DNA from: Solirubrobacterales bacterium
GTDB taxonomy: Bacteria; Actinomycetota; Thermoleophilia; Solirubrobacterales; Solirubrobacteraceae
NCBI GenBank assembly: GCA_038200435.1
Contig: JBBPXY010000015.1
Location: 6,396-70,395, forward strand
DNA: 64,000 bases
Direction of reading: 5' to 3'
A model generated the notes under the pieces. That model saw only the letters and a program-made list of their open reading frames with translations, had not been told where the DNA came from and ran no database searches. The translations under genes and the position numbers were made by a program. Positions 27,848 to 35,698 of the stretch are shown one piece after another (position 1 is the first letter of the stretch; the number at the start of each line of letters is the position of its first letter).

Positions 27848-28930
27848 GTGATGAACATCGACTTCGCCGACATCCTCCTCGAGGTAATCGATCGCCGGGC
27901 CTCCGACCTGCACCTCACCGCAGGCTCTCCGCCGATGGTCCGCACCCGCGGCCGCCTGACTGCGCTCGAGGGATTCCCGCTCCTGACTCCCGCCGACACA
28001 CGCGAGATCGTCTACTCGATCCTCTCGAATGATCAGCGCCAGCGGCTGGAGACCAACTGGCAGCTCGACTTCGCCTACGCAATCCCGGGCCGGGCCCGTT
28101 TTCGCGTCAACGCCTACTTCCAGCGCGCCGCGTTGAGCGCCGCCTTCCGGCTGATCCCGTTCGAGCTCACCCCGCTCGAGGAGCTCGGCCTGCCGCCCGC
28201 GGTCATCGACTTCGCCAAACGCCCGCGGGGCATCGTCCTCGTCACCGGCCCGACGGGCTCGGGCAAGTCGACCACGCTCGCCTCGATCGTCGACCTGATC
28301 AACGAGACGCGCGAGGAGCACATCCTCACCATCGAGGACCCGATCGAGTTCCTGCACAACCACAAGCGCTGCATCGTCAACCAGCGCGAGATCGGCTCTG
28401 ACGCCCCCAGCTTCGCCGCCGGCCTCAAGGCCGCCCTGCGGCAGGATCCCGACGTGATCCTCGTCGGCGAGATGCGCGACGTCGAGACGATCGGCACCGC
28501 CATCACGGCGGCGGAAACGGGCCACCTCGTCTTCGCGACCCTGCACACGCAGGACACGCCGCAGACGATCGACCGCATCATCGACGTCTTCCCGTCTGAC
28601 CAGCAGTCGCAGATCCGCGTGCAGCTGGCGGTCGCCCTCCAGGGCATCGTCACCCAGCAGCTTCTCCCGACCGCCGACGGCGCCGGGCGCTGCGTGGCGG
28701 CCGAGGTCATGGTGCCCACCCCCGCGGTGCGCAACCTGATCCGCGAGGGCAAGACCCACCAGCTCTACTCGGTGCTGCAGACCGGCGGGGCCCAGGGCAT
28801 GCAGACCATGGACGCCGCTCTCGTTGGCCTGGTGCGCTCGGGCAAGATCACCCGCCAGATGGCCGAGGCCCGGTCGACGACGCCCGACGAGCTACGGCGA
28901 CTGCTCGGGTTCACCCCGATGGCGGCCTAG
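27848..28930 (+). CDS. pilT: twitching-motility retraction ATPase PilT
   Basis: Motifs ASDLHLTAGSPPMVR, GPTGSGKSTTL, ILVGEMRD, GHLVFATLHT. Length 360 aa. Confidence 0.93.
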   Translation: MMNIDFADILLEVIDRRASDLHLTAGSPPMVRTRGRLTALEGFPLLTPADTREIVYSILSNDQRQRLETNWQLDFAYAIPGRARFRVNAYFQRAALSAAFRLIPFELTPLEELGLPPAVIDFAKRPRGIVLVTGPTGSGKSTTLASIVDLINETREEHILTIEDPIEFLHNHKRCIVNQREIGSDAPSFAAGLKAALRQDPDVILVGEMRDVETIGTAITAAETGHLVFATLHTQDTPQTIDRIIDVFPSDQQSQIRVQLAVALQGIVTQQLLPTADGAGRCVAAEVMVPTPAVRNLIREGKTHQLYSVLQTGGAQGMQTMDAALVGLVRSGKITRQMAEARSTTPDELRRLLGFTPMAA

Positions 28931-28939
28931 GAACCGGCT

Positions 28940-30151
28940 GTGTCTGCATCGTTCGTCTTCAAGGCCGTCGACCTGGCCGGGATGCCGGCCCGGGGCGAGG
29001 TCGAGGCCGACTCCAAGTCGGCGGTCGCCGAGCAGCTGAAGTTGCGCGGCCTCATCGTCGTCGACATCCAGGCCAAGCACTCATCGAAGGAGCTCAACCT
29101 CGAGCTGTTCTCGCGGGTGAAGCCCGTCGAGCTCACGATCATGAGCCGGCAGCTCGCGACGATGGTCTCCTCGGGCATGACCTTGCTCCGCGCGCTGTAC
29201 GTGCTCGAGGCTCAGACCGAGGGCAAGAAGCTCAAGGAGACGCTGACCAAGGTCCGCAAGGACGTCGAGGCCGGACTGCTCTTCTCCGACTCCCTGGCCC
29301 GCCACCCCAAGGTCTTCAACCCCCTCTACATCGCGATGGTCCGCGCCGGCGAGTCGGGAGGCCTGCTCGAGAGCGCGCTCGAACGGGTCGCCGACCAGCT
29401 CGAGAAGGACGCCGCGCTGCGCCGCCAGGTGAAGTCGGCGATGGTCTACCCGAGCGTCGTCATCTCCTTCGCCGCCATCGTCCTGCTGGCCCTCGTGGCG
29501 TTCCTGGTGCCGATCTTCGCCAAGATCTTCAAGGACTTCGGTGGCAAGCTCCCTGCCCTCTCGCAGTTCACGGTTGACCTGTCGCACGGCCTGACGACCT
29601 ACTGGTTCGTCTACCTCCTGTGCGTCGTCGGTGTGGTGGTCGCGTTCTCGCGCTGGAAGAAGTCCTCGTGGGGCCGCCCGCAGTGGGACTCGTTCCGGCT
29701 GCGGGTCCCGTTCAAGATCGGTGACATCGTGCAGAAGGTCGCTCTCGCGCGCTGGGCCCGTACGCTCTCTTCGCTCACCACCGCGGGTGTACCCATCTTG
29801 CAGGCACTGGAGATCACGGGGCAGACGGCGGGCAACAACGTCGTCGAGAAGGTCATGGCCTCGGTGATCGACTCCGTCAAGGCAGGTGGAACGATCGCCG
29901 CCCCACTCAAGGACGCTCCCGTCTTCCCCGGCATGGTGCAGCACATGGTTGCCGTCGGCGAGGAAACCGGCGCGCTCGACCAGATGCTTTCGAAGATCGC
30001 GGACTTCTACGAGGACGAGGTCGCCGCGGCGGTGAAGTCGCTCACCTCCATCCTCGAGCCCGTGATGATCGTGGTCGTCGGGGCCGTCGTCGGGTTCATC
30101 GTCGTCTCGATGTACCTCCCGCTCTTCAAGATCTACGACCAGATCAAGTAG
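28940..30151 (+). CDS. pilC: type IV pilus platform protein PilC (T2SS F family)
   Basis: 403 aa with a duplicated T2SSF domain, three TM helices and the ending YLPLFKIYDQI. Confidence 0.92.
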   Translation: MSASFVFKAVDLAGMPARGEVEADSKSAVAEQLKLRGLIVVDIQAKHSSKELNLELFSRVKPVELTIMSRQLATMVSSGMTLLRALYVLEAQTEGKKLKETLTKVRKDVEAGLLFSDSLARHPKVFNPLYIAMVRAGESGGLLESALERVADQLEKDAALRRQVKSAMVYPSVVISFAAIVLLALVAFLVPIFAKIFKDFGGKLPALSQFTVDLSHGLTTYWFVYLLCVVGVVVAFSRWKKSSWGRPQWDSFRLRVPFKIGDIVQKVALARWARTLSSLTTAGVPILQALEITGQTAGNNVVEKVMASVIDSVKAGGTIAAPLKDAPVFPGMVQHMVAVGEETGALDQMLSKIADFYEDEVAAAVKSLTSILEPVMIVVVGAVVGFIVVSMYLPLFKIYDQIK

Positions 30152-30184
30152 CGGTCGGGCTCCGGGGCGCTAGCCTCGCGCGCC

Positions 30185-30373
30185 ATGGCCGCAGATAACG
30201 AAGCGGGCGCGGGCGCCCCGGCCGGCGAGCCCGCTCCCTGCTCCCCCTGCCGTGGTACCGGGAAGCTCATCTCCGGGCTGGGCGGCGCTCCCAGCGAAGT
30301 CATCTGCCCGTGGTGTGAAGGCTCTGGCGTACGCGCCCCCGGGTACGACGCGCAGGCTGCCCGCCGCGCCTGA
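30185..30373 (+). CDS. 62-aa DnaJ-type zinc-finger miniprotein (two CxxCxGxG motifs)
   Basis: The motifs CSPCRGTG and CPWCEGSG are separated by 16 residues. Third codon positions are GC-rich. It sits between pilC and the pilA leader. Confidence 0.55.
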   Translation: MAADNEAGAGAPAGEPAPCSPCRGTGKLISGLGGAPSEVICPWCEGSGVRAPGYDAQAARRA

Positions 30374-30446
30374 TCGAAGAGAACTTCCGCTGTGCCCTCA
30401 AGTGTTGGGCTGAGGGGTCGATATATGGGTTGTCCAGCACTTCTTA

Positions 30447-30527
30447 GGTGCCAAAGGCAAACCGTTCGTGAGGGCGGGACGCAAAGCCACGGATCTCCTT
30501 GAAAGGGGAGGAAGCCGGGTTGCCACC
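30447..30527 (+). promoter_or_regulatory. c-di-GMP-I (GEMM) riboswitch aptamer candidate in the pilA leader
   Basis: The sequence GGUGCCAAAGGCAAACCGUUCGUGAGGGCGGGACGCAAAGCCACGG...UUGAAAGGGGAGGAAGCCGGGUUGCCACC contains the blocks GGCAAACC, a GNRA-capped hairpin (GUGA), GGGACGCAAAGCC and the closing CCGGGUU.CC, as in the Vc2 aptamer as I remember it. The P1 helix is GGUG/CACC. Confidence 0.8.
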
Positions 30528-30559
30528 AGGGTTAGACGCGCTGTCGAGCCCGACGGCAT

Positions 30560-30612
30560 GGTTCTCCTAGGAGCTGGCGATCAATCCCATAGATCCGTTC
30601 CTAGGAGGAACA
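30560..30612 (+). promoter_or_regulatory. putative expression platform: anti-SD / SD pairing ahead of pilA
   Basis: GGTTCTCCTAGGA (30560-30572) is the near-exact complement, with one bulge, of TCCTAGGAGGAAC within GTTCCTAGGAGGAAC (30597-30611). That segment contains the AGGAGG Shine-Dalgarno 5 nt before ATG 30613. Confidence 0.55.
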
Positions 30613-31056
30613 ATGCTCACCAAGATCCGTAACCGCGCCGAGGACGAAAAGGGCTTCACCCTGATCGAGCTCCTCGTCGTGATCCTGATCATCGGCATCC
30701 TTGCCGCTATCGCCATTCCGTCGTTCATCAACCAGCGGGGCAAGGGGCAGGACGCCGCCGCCAAGTCTGACGTCAAGACGGCGCAGACCGCGATCGAGAC
30801 GTTCTACACCGACAACCAGAACTACACGACCGACAAGGCTGGCCTCGTGGCCATCGAGCCCGCTCTGACGAGCGTCAACGTGACGGTCACCCCTGGTACC
30901 GACAGCTACTCACTGTCCGTGCCTTCGAAGTCCGGCGCGCAGGGCGGCGGCACGTTCACCATCGTCCGGGCGACCAGCGGTGCGGTGACACGTACCTGCA
31001 CCAACGCCAACAAGGGCGGCTGCAAGGCGGCCGACGCCGACGGGAACATGTGGTAG
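30613..31056 (+). CDS. pilA: major type IV pilin
   Basis: The prepilin leader is MLTKIRNRAEDEKG, with cleavage before FTLIELLVVILIIGILAAIAIPSF (Glu at +5). There is a C-terminal Cys pair (C...C). Strong SD. Confidence 0.93.
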   Translation: MLTKIRNRAEDEKGFTLIELLVVILIIGILAAIAIPSFINQRGKGQDAAAKSDVKTAQTAIETFYTDNQNYTTDKAGLVAIEPALTSVNVTVTPGTDSYSLSVPSKSGAQGGGTFTIVRATSGAVTRTCTNANKGGCKAADADGNMW

Positions 31057-31086
31057 CAGCAGCTTCCTAGCGGAAACTGCTTTTTA

Positions 31087-31120
31087 GAGAGGCGGGCCTT
31101 CGGGCCCGCCTCTTTCGCGT
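31087..31120 (+). terminator. rho-independent terminator after pilA
   Basis: The hairpin AGAGGCGGGCC-TTCG-GGCCCGCCTCT is followed by TTCGCGTT. Confidence 0.8.
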
Positions 31121-31149
31121 TCTGGGGCCGATCTCCGTTCTGGGGCCGA
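31119..31149 (+). repeat. 13-nt direct repeat GTTCTGGGGCCGA x2 (18-nt period)
   Basis: Copies lie at 31119-31131 and 31137-31149, between the pilA terminator and the pilin paralog start. Confidence 0.85.
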
Positions 31150-31154
31150 CCCTC

Positions 31155-31577
31155 ATGTGCGCACTTCGAGCGGCCGATACCAGGAGCGTGCTTCCATCGC
31201 TCCGCCAGTCCTTCTCCGCCGGCTCCGTCATCCTGACCCTCGCCGCCGGCTTCTCACTCGTCTCCACCGAGCACGCGCTCGGACTCGACGGCACCGCCCA
31301 GCGCGACGCGCGGGCCGGCCTGACGGCGATGGAGGAGTTCTACATCCGCCACCAGACCTACAACGCCGATCCCACGCAGCTGGCGCAGACCGACCCGAGA
31401 CTTCAGGGCGCCAACGTCCTCACCGCCAGCGGGACTGCCGAGACTTACGTGGTGTCTGTCACGTCGCGATCTCCGCAGCACACGGTCTTTACGCTCACCC
31501 GGGGCGCCAACGGCACCGTGACCCGCGGCTGCGACACGCCCGGTCGTGGCGGGTGCCCGCTCGCGGGCACGTGGTAG
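31155..31577 (+). CDS. degenerate pilin paralog (PilA-like globular domain, N-terminal helix shortened)
   Basis: The C-terminal 90 aa align by eye with PilA: TAMEEFYIRHQTYNAD...TVFTLTRGANGTVTRGCDTPGRGGC against TAIETFYTDNQNYTTD...GTFTIVRATSGAVTRTCTNANKGGC. The N-terminus AGFSLVSTEH lacks about 20 residues of the hydrophobic helix and the Glu at +5. Confidence 0.5.
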   Translation: MCALRAADTRSVLPSLRQSFSAGSVILTLAAGFSLVSTEHALGLDGTAQRDARAGLTAMEEFYIRHQTYNADPTQLAQTDPRLQGANVLTASGTAETYVVSVTSRSPQHTVFTLTRGANGTVTRGCDTPGRGGCPLAGTW

Positions 31578-31671
31578 CCCGGGCGCGCGCCAGGCGGCCA
31601 TCCGTCGTTCCGGTCCCATCATCGGTCCGGTAACACCCCGCTGGGGCTCAAGTGCCCGTGCCGAGGAGTCG

Positions 31672-34600
31672 ATGGGAACCGGGTCGTCGACCAGGAGATC
31701 GGTACCGGTGCTCACAGGAAGTGGATCGCGAAGGCTCGCTTGGCTCTGTGCGCTGGCCTGCTCGGTCTTCGCCGCGGGCGGGAGCACCGCCCAGGCCGCG
31801 GTCCTCTCTCCGCCGCACGTCTCGTTCTCCTGGGCGCCCGGCACGGCACGCGTGAGCGCACCCATCCAGTTCGACTCGACCGCCTCAGACCCCGGGGGCA
31901 CGCCCATCGCGAGCTACGCCTGGTACTTCGACGGCGACGCGCAGGTCGGCTCGACGGCTCCCGACCCCGCCTACGCGGGATTCTCGACCGAAGGCCCGCA
32001 CCTGGTCCGCCTTGTGGTGACCGACGGCCAGGGCGAGAGCACCACCGAGGAGCACATCGTCCATGTCCATGCCGGCAACCTCGCGCCGCGGGTGGGCGAC
32101 GTCTCGGCGCTACCGGCCCTGCGTCGCGCCGGCGTCGCCATGACGCTCAGATGCGAGTGCTCGGATCCTGACGGGGATCCGGGCACTTCGCTGACCTACG
32201 ACTGGGACTTCGGAGATGGGAGCCCCCATGGCTCGGGGCCGACGCCCACCCACACCTACGCGACGGCGGGCGACCGCGTGATCCGCGTGACCGCCACCGA
32301 CACGCAGGGTGACTCGGCGACGAACATCCTCGCCGTGCACGTACACGGCGGAAACGATCCGCCGACGCTCCGCATCGGGCCCCCGCGCACCGCGATGCCC
32401 ACCGAAAGCCTTCCGTTCGGTGTCTACGCCACCGATGACGCCACGGCGGAGTCAGCCATGAGCTACTCGTGGGACTTCGGCGACGGGACAGCTCCGGCTA
32501 CGGAGGCCAACCCCAACCACGCGTTCGCGGAGGCCGGCGATTACGTCGTGCAGGTCAGCGTGACCGACGGCGACGGCGCCTCGACCATGGCCAGCCAGGT
32601 GGTGCACGTCGGACGCCCCTCCGGCACTCCGTCGGCGTTCTTCAGCACCCTCTTCGATCCGACGGGCAGCGTCCTCTTCGTCGACACCGCGGCGCATCCA
32701 CAGACTGGGCAGCCCGTACTCTTCCAGAACGGGTCAGCCGATCCCGACGGCGCGGCTCTCGTGTCCTACTCGTGGGACTTCGGCGACGGCCAGGGCTCCA
32801 CGGCGGCCTCGCCGTCGCACACGTTCGAGACCGTCGGCGACAAGCTCGTGGTGTTGACTGTCACCGATGCCCAGGGGCTGCGCGCGAAGTACTCGGCGGT
32901 CATGCAGGTACACGCGGGCAACATCGCACCGGTGGCCTCGTTCGTCTCGTCGTCCGACTCCCCTCGCGCCGGGCGATCCGTCGACTTCTTCAGCGAGGCC
33001 AGCGACGCCGATTCGCCCGGGTCCGCCGGGCTCGTCTGCGACTGGGACTTCGGCGACGGCTCGCCCCACTCGAGCGCGTCCGACCCAACCCACACGTTCA
33101 CCGTCCCGGGCCCGCACGACGTCCGCCTGACCGTCACCGATTCGGCGGGCGCGACCGTGGTCGCCGCGCGTACCTTCGCCGTTCACGCCGACAACCTGCC
33201 TCCCGAGGTCGCCCTGAACGCCGACACCGTGTATCCCGGTACCGGGCAAACGGTCAGGTTCACCGACGCCTCGGTCGACCGTGATGGGCAGATCGTCTCC
33301 TACAGCTGGGACTTCGGCGACGGAACCACCGACTCGCAGTCCTCGGTCGAGCACTCCTACCCGACGGCGGGGGACTACCAAGTGCGCGAGGTCGTCACCG
33401 ACGACGACGGGGCGAGCACGACGGAGGTGCTCACCGTGCACGTGGAGCTGGTCCCTCCGTCGGTCTCTTTTCCACCGGCCATCGCGGGCGTGGCCCGGCA
33501 GCGCGACACGCTTACCGCCGGCCCGGGCGCATGGAACGGGTCCACGCCGCTCACCTACGCCTATCAATGGGTGCGCTGCGACCCTGCCGGCACCGCATGC
33601 TCCGACATCGCCGGGGCGGGCGGAGCGGGTGCAAGCTCGACCTACACGCTGACCCGGGCCGACGTGGGCAACGTCGTGACCGTGCGCGTGACGGCGACCA
33701 ACTTCGCCGGCAGCGATTCGGCGAGCTCGGCGCCGAGCGACGTGATCGCTCCCGCGCCCCCGCTTAGTACATCGCCTCCGCCCGTGTCCGGAACGACGCG
33801 CGACGGTGACGTGCTCACCGCCGGACCGGGCGGTTGGGACACGTACTCCACGCCGGTCTACAGCTATCAATGGGTGCGTTGCGACTCGGGCGCCTGCTCT
33901 GACATCGCCGGCGCCGGCGCACAGACCTATCGCTTGACGTTCGCCGACGAGAGCAAGACCGTGCACGTGCGCGTCACCGCCAGCAACCTGGAGGGCGCGA
34001 CGCAGGCCGAATCCGCCGAGACTTCGGCCATCGCCCCGGGGCCGCCCGTCAAGCTGGGTGACCCGACGGTGGCCGGGACCGCGCGCGACGGCGCCACTCT
34101 TGCGTCCGACGCGGGCACTTTCGGCGGCTCGCCGGCCATGACGACCACGCGCACGTGGAAGCTCTGCGACTCGAGCGGATTCTCGTGCGTGGACATCGCC
34201 GGAGCCAGCGGCGGTACCTACACGCTCACCCCCGGCGATGTCGGGCATCGAATACGGCTCGTCGTGGGCAAGTCCAACGCGCTCGGTTCGGCCTCGGGTG
34301 CATCAGCGCCGAGCGCCGTGGTGCTCGCCACTCCTCCGGTCATCACCGCGGCCCCCGCGCTGAGCGGCACGGCGACTGACGGTCAGGTCCTCACGGTCGG
34401 CACGGGCGCGGCCACCGGGACGCCCATCCTCTCCTACGCGTATCGCTGGCGCCGCTGCGACGCCGCCGGAGCGGCGTGCACCGACCTGGCCTCAGGTGGG
34501 TCGGATTCGAGCTACACCCTCACGCCGCAGGATGTCGGCCACCGCATGCGCGTGCGCATGACGGTGAGCAACGCGACCGGCTCGGACTCGAGCGATTCGG

Positions 34601-35589
34601 CCGCGAGCGCGCCCGTCGCACCCGTTCCTCCGAGCCTGCTCGCGCCGTCGGTCGTATCCGGCACAGCGCGCGACGCGGCGGTCCTGACCTCGAGTCCCGG
34701 AGTGTTCACCGGCAGCGGCCCGCAGCTCTCCTACCGCTGGCGTCGCTGCGACCGCACGCTCGGAGGCGACGGGACGGCGATCAACTGCGCCGACGTCGCC
34801 GGTGCGACCCAGCCCACCTACCGTCTCACGGGCGCGGACGTGGCGCACCGGTTCGTCGTTCTCGTCACGGCCACCAACAGCGCCGGATCGGCGTCGGATA
34901 CCTCGGCGCCTACCCCCGTCGTCCTGCCCGCGCCGCCCGTGGCGATGGCCGCTCCCGCCGTGATCGGCACTGCGATGACCGCCCGCGCGCTGACCGCGAC
35001 CGGGGCGCTGTTCTCGGGGAGTGCACCGCTCGCCTACGCCTACCAGTGGAGTCGCTGCGACGCCTCCGGTGCTTCCTGCTCCGACATCGCGGGCGCCACC
35101 GGCGCGAGCTACCCGCTCGGAGCAGGCGACGTCGGGCACACCGTGCGGGTCCGCGTGAGCGCGCGGAACGCGGCGGGCTCGGTTTCGGCCACGTCGGGCC
35201 GCAGTGCCCTCATTCTCTTGGCGATCGACGGGGCCCGCGCTCGCTCGGCGCTCAGCGCGGCACTCCTGACCTCGCGCCGCGCGGCGACCGTGCGCGCCGT
35301 GATGCGCGCGCGGGGCGCGACCACGTACTTCGACGACCGCTTCGGCGCCGGCGTAGTCCAGCTTTCCTGGTACGGCTCCTCGCACGGGCGCTCGGTGCTC
35401 GTGGCGAAGGCGACGCGCACGCTCGCCGGGAGCGGCCGCGTCGCGCTGAAGCTCGTCCTGACCGCACCGGGCCGGGCGCTGCTGAAGAAGGCCGCCCGCG
35501 GCATCAGGCTCACGGGCCGCGGATCGTTCGCACTGGTCCACCAAGCGTCGATCGCCGCCTCGCGCTCGGTGTCGCTGCGTCCGCGCTGA
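31672..35589 (+). CDS. 1305-aa secreted protein with six PKD domains and six Ig-like W.RC repeats
   Basis: ATG 31672 (SD GAGGAG at 31664-31669) lies inside ORF 31546..35589. The signal peptide is LAWLCALACSVFAAGGSTAQA. There are five WDFGDG signatures and one YFDGD, followed by six ~97-aa units containing Y.W.RCD......C.D(I/V)AGA...Y.LT..DVG..(I/V)R(V/L).V.A.N..GS. Confidence 0.85.
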   Translation: MGTGSSTRRSVPVLTGSGSRRLAWLCALACSVFAAGGSTAQAAVLSPPHVSFSWAPGTARVSAPIQFDSTASDPGGTPIASYAWYFDGDAQVGSTAPDPAYAGFSTEGPHLVRLVVTDGQGESTTEEHIVHVHAGNLAPRVGDVSALPALRRAGVAMTLRCECSDPDGDPGTSLTYDWDFGDGSPHGSGPTPTHTYATAGDRVIRVTATDTQGDSATNILAVHVHGGNDPPTLRIGPPRTAMPTESLPFGVYATDDATAESAMSYSWDFGDGTAPATEANPNHAFAEAGDYVVQVSVTDGDGASTMASQVVHVGRPSGTPSAFFSTLFDPTGSVLFVDTAAHPQTGQPVLFQNGSADPDGAALVSYSWDFGDGQGSTAASPSHTFETVGDKLVVLTVTDAQGLRAKYSAVMQVHAGNIAPVASFVSSSDSPRAGRSVDFFSEASDADSPGSAGLVCDWDFGDGSPHSSASDPTHTFTVPGPHDVRLTVTDSAGATVVAARTFAVHADNLPPEVALNADTVYPGTGQTVRFTDASVDRDGQIVSYSWDFGDGTTDSQSSVEHSYPTAGDYQVREVVTDDDGASTTEVLTVHVELVPPSVSFPPAIAGVARQRDTLTAGPGAWNGSTPLTYAYQWVRCDPAGTACSDIAGAGGAGASSTYTLTRADVGNVVTVRVTATNFAGSDSASSAPSDVIAPAPPLSTSPPPVSGTTRDGDVLTAGPGGWDTYSTPVYSYQWVRCDSGACSDIAGAGAQTYRLTFADESKTVHVRVTASNLEGATQAESAETSAIAPGPPVKLGDPTVAGTARDGATLASDAGTFGGSPAMTTTRTWKLCDSSGFSCVDIAGASGGTYTLTPGDVGHRIRLVVGKSNALGSASGASAPSAVVLATPPVITAAPALSGTATDGQVLTVGTGAATGTPILSYAYRWRRCDAAGAACTDLASGGSDSSYTLTPQDVGHRMRVRMTVSNATGSDSSDSAASAPVAPVPPSLLAPSVVSGTARDAAVLTSSPGVFTGSGPQLSYRWRRCDRTLGGDGTAINCADVAGATQPTYRLTGADVAHRFVVLVTATNSAGSASDTSAPTPVVLPAPPVAMAAPAVIGTAMTARALTATGALFSGSAPLAYAYQWSRCDASGASCSDIAGATGASYPLGAGDVGHTVRVRVSARNAAGSVSATSGRSALILLAIDGARARSALSAALLTSRRAATVRAVMRARGATTYFDDRFGAGVVQLSWYGSSHGRSVLVAKATRTLAGSGRVALKLVLTAPGRALLKKAARGIRLTGRGSFALVHQASIAASRSVSLRPR
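31830..33440 (+). repeat. coding repeats: six PKD-type modules
   Basis: The recurring DNA core tgggacttcgg(c/a)ga(c/t)gg lies near 32202, 32470, 32773, 33043 and 33307. Confidence 0.8.
33450..35215 (+). repeat. coding repeats: six ~290-nt Ig-like modules
   Basis: The protein units start PPSVSF, PPLSTS, PPVKLG, PPVITA, PPSLLA and PPVAMA. Each has a conserved W.(R/L)CD...C..(I/V/L)A core. Confidence 0.8.
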
Positions 35590-35698
35590 CGGGGCGGTAC
35601 CCGGCGCGCCGCGGGAGCACGATGCCAATGTGGCCAAGCCGCGGCCCAGAAGCCCGGTGTCGCTCAAGATCAGGCGCCGAGAGGCCGAGTAGTCACCT

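Noticed and set aside
32200-33320. Regularly spaced near-identical ~20-nt cores (tgggacttcggcgacgg), checked as a possible CRISPR-like array.
   Set aside because: The spacing is ~270-300 nt and the units lie in frame inside one ORF. They encode the WDFGDG strand of PKD domains, so they are protein-coding module repeats, and no cas genes are present.
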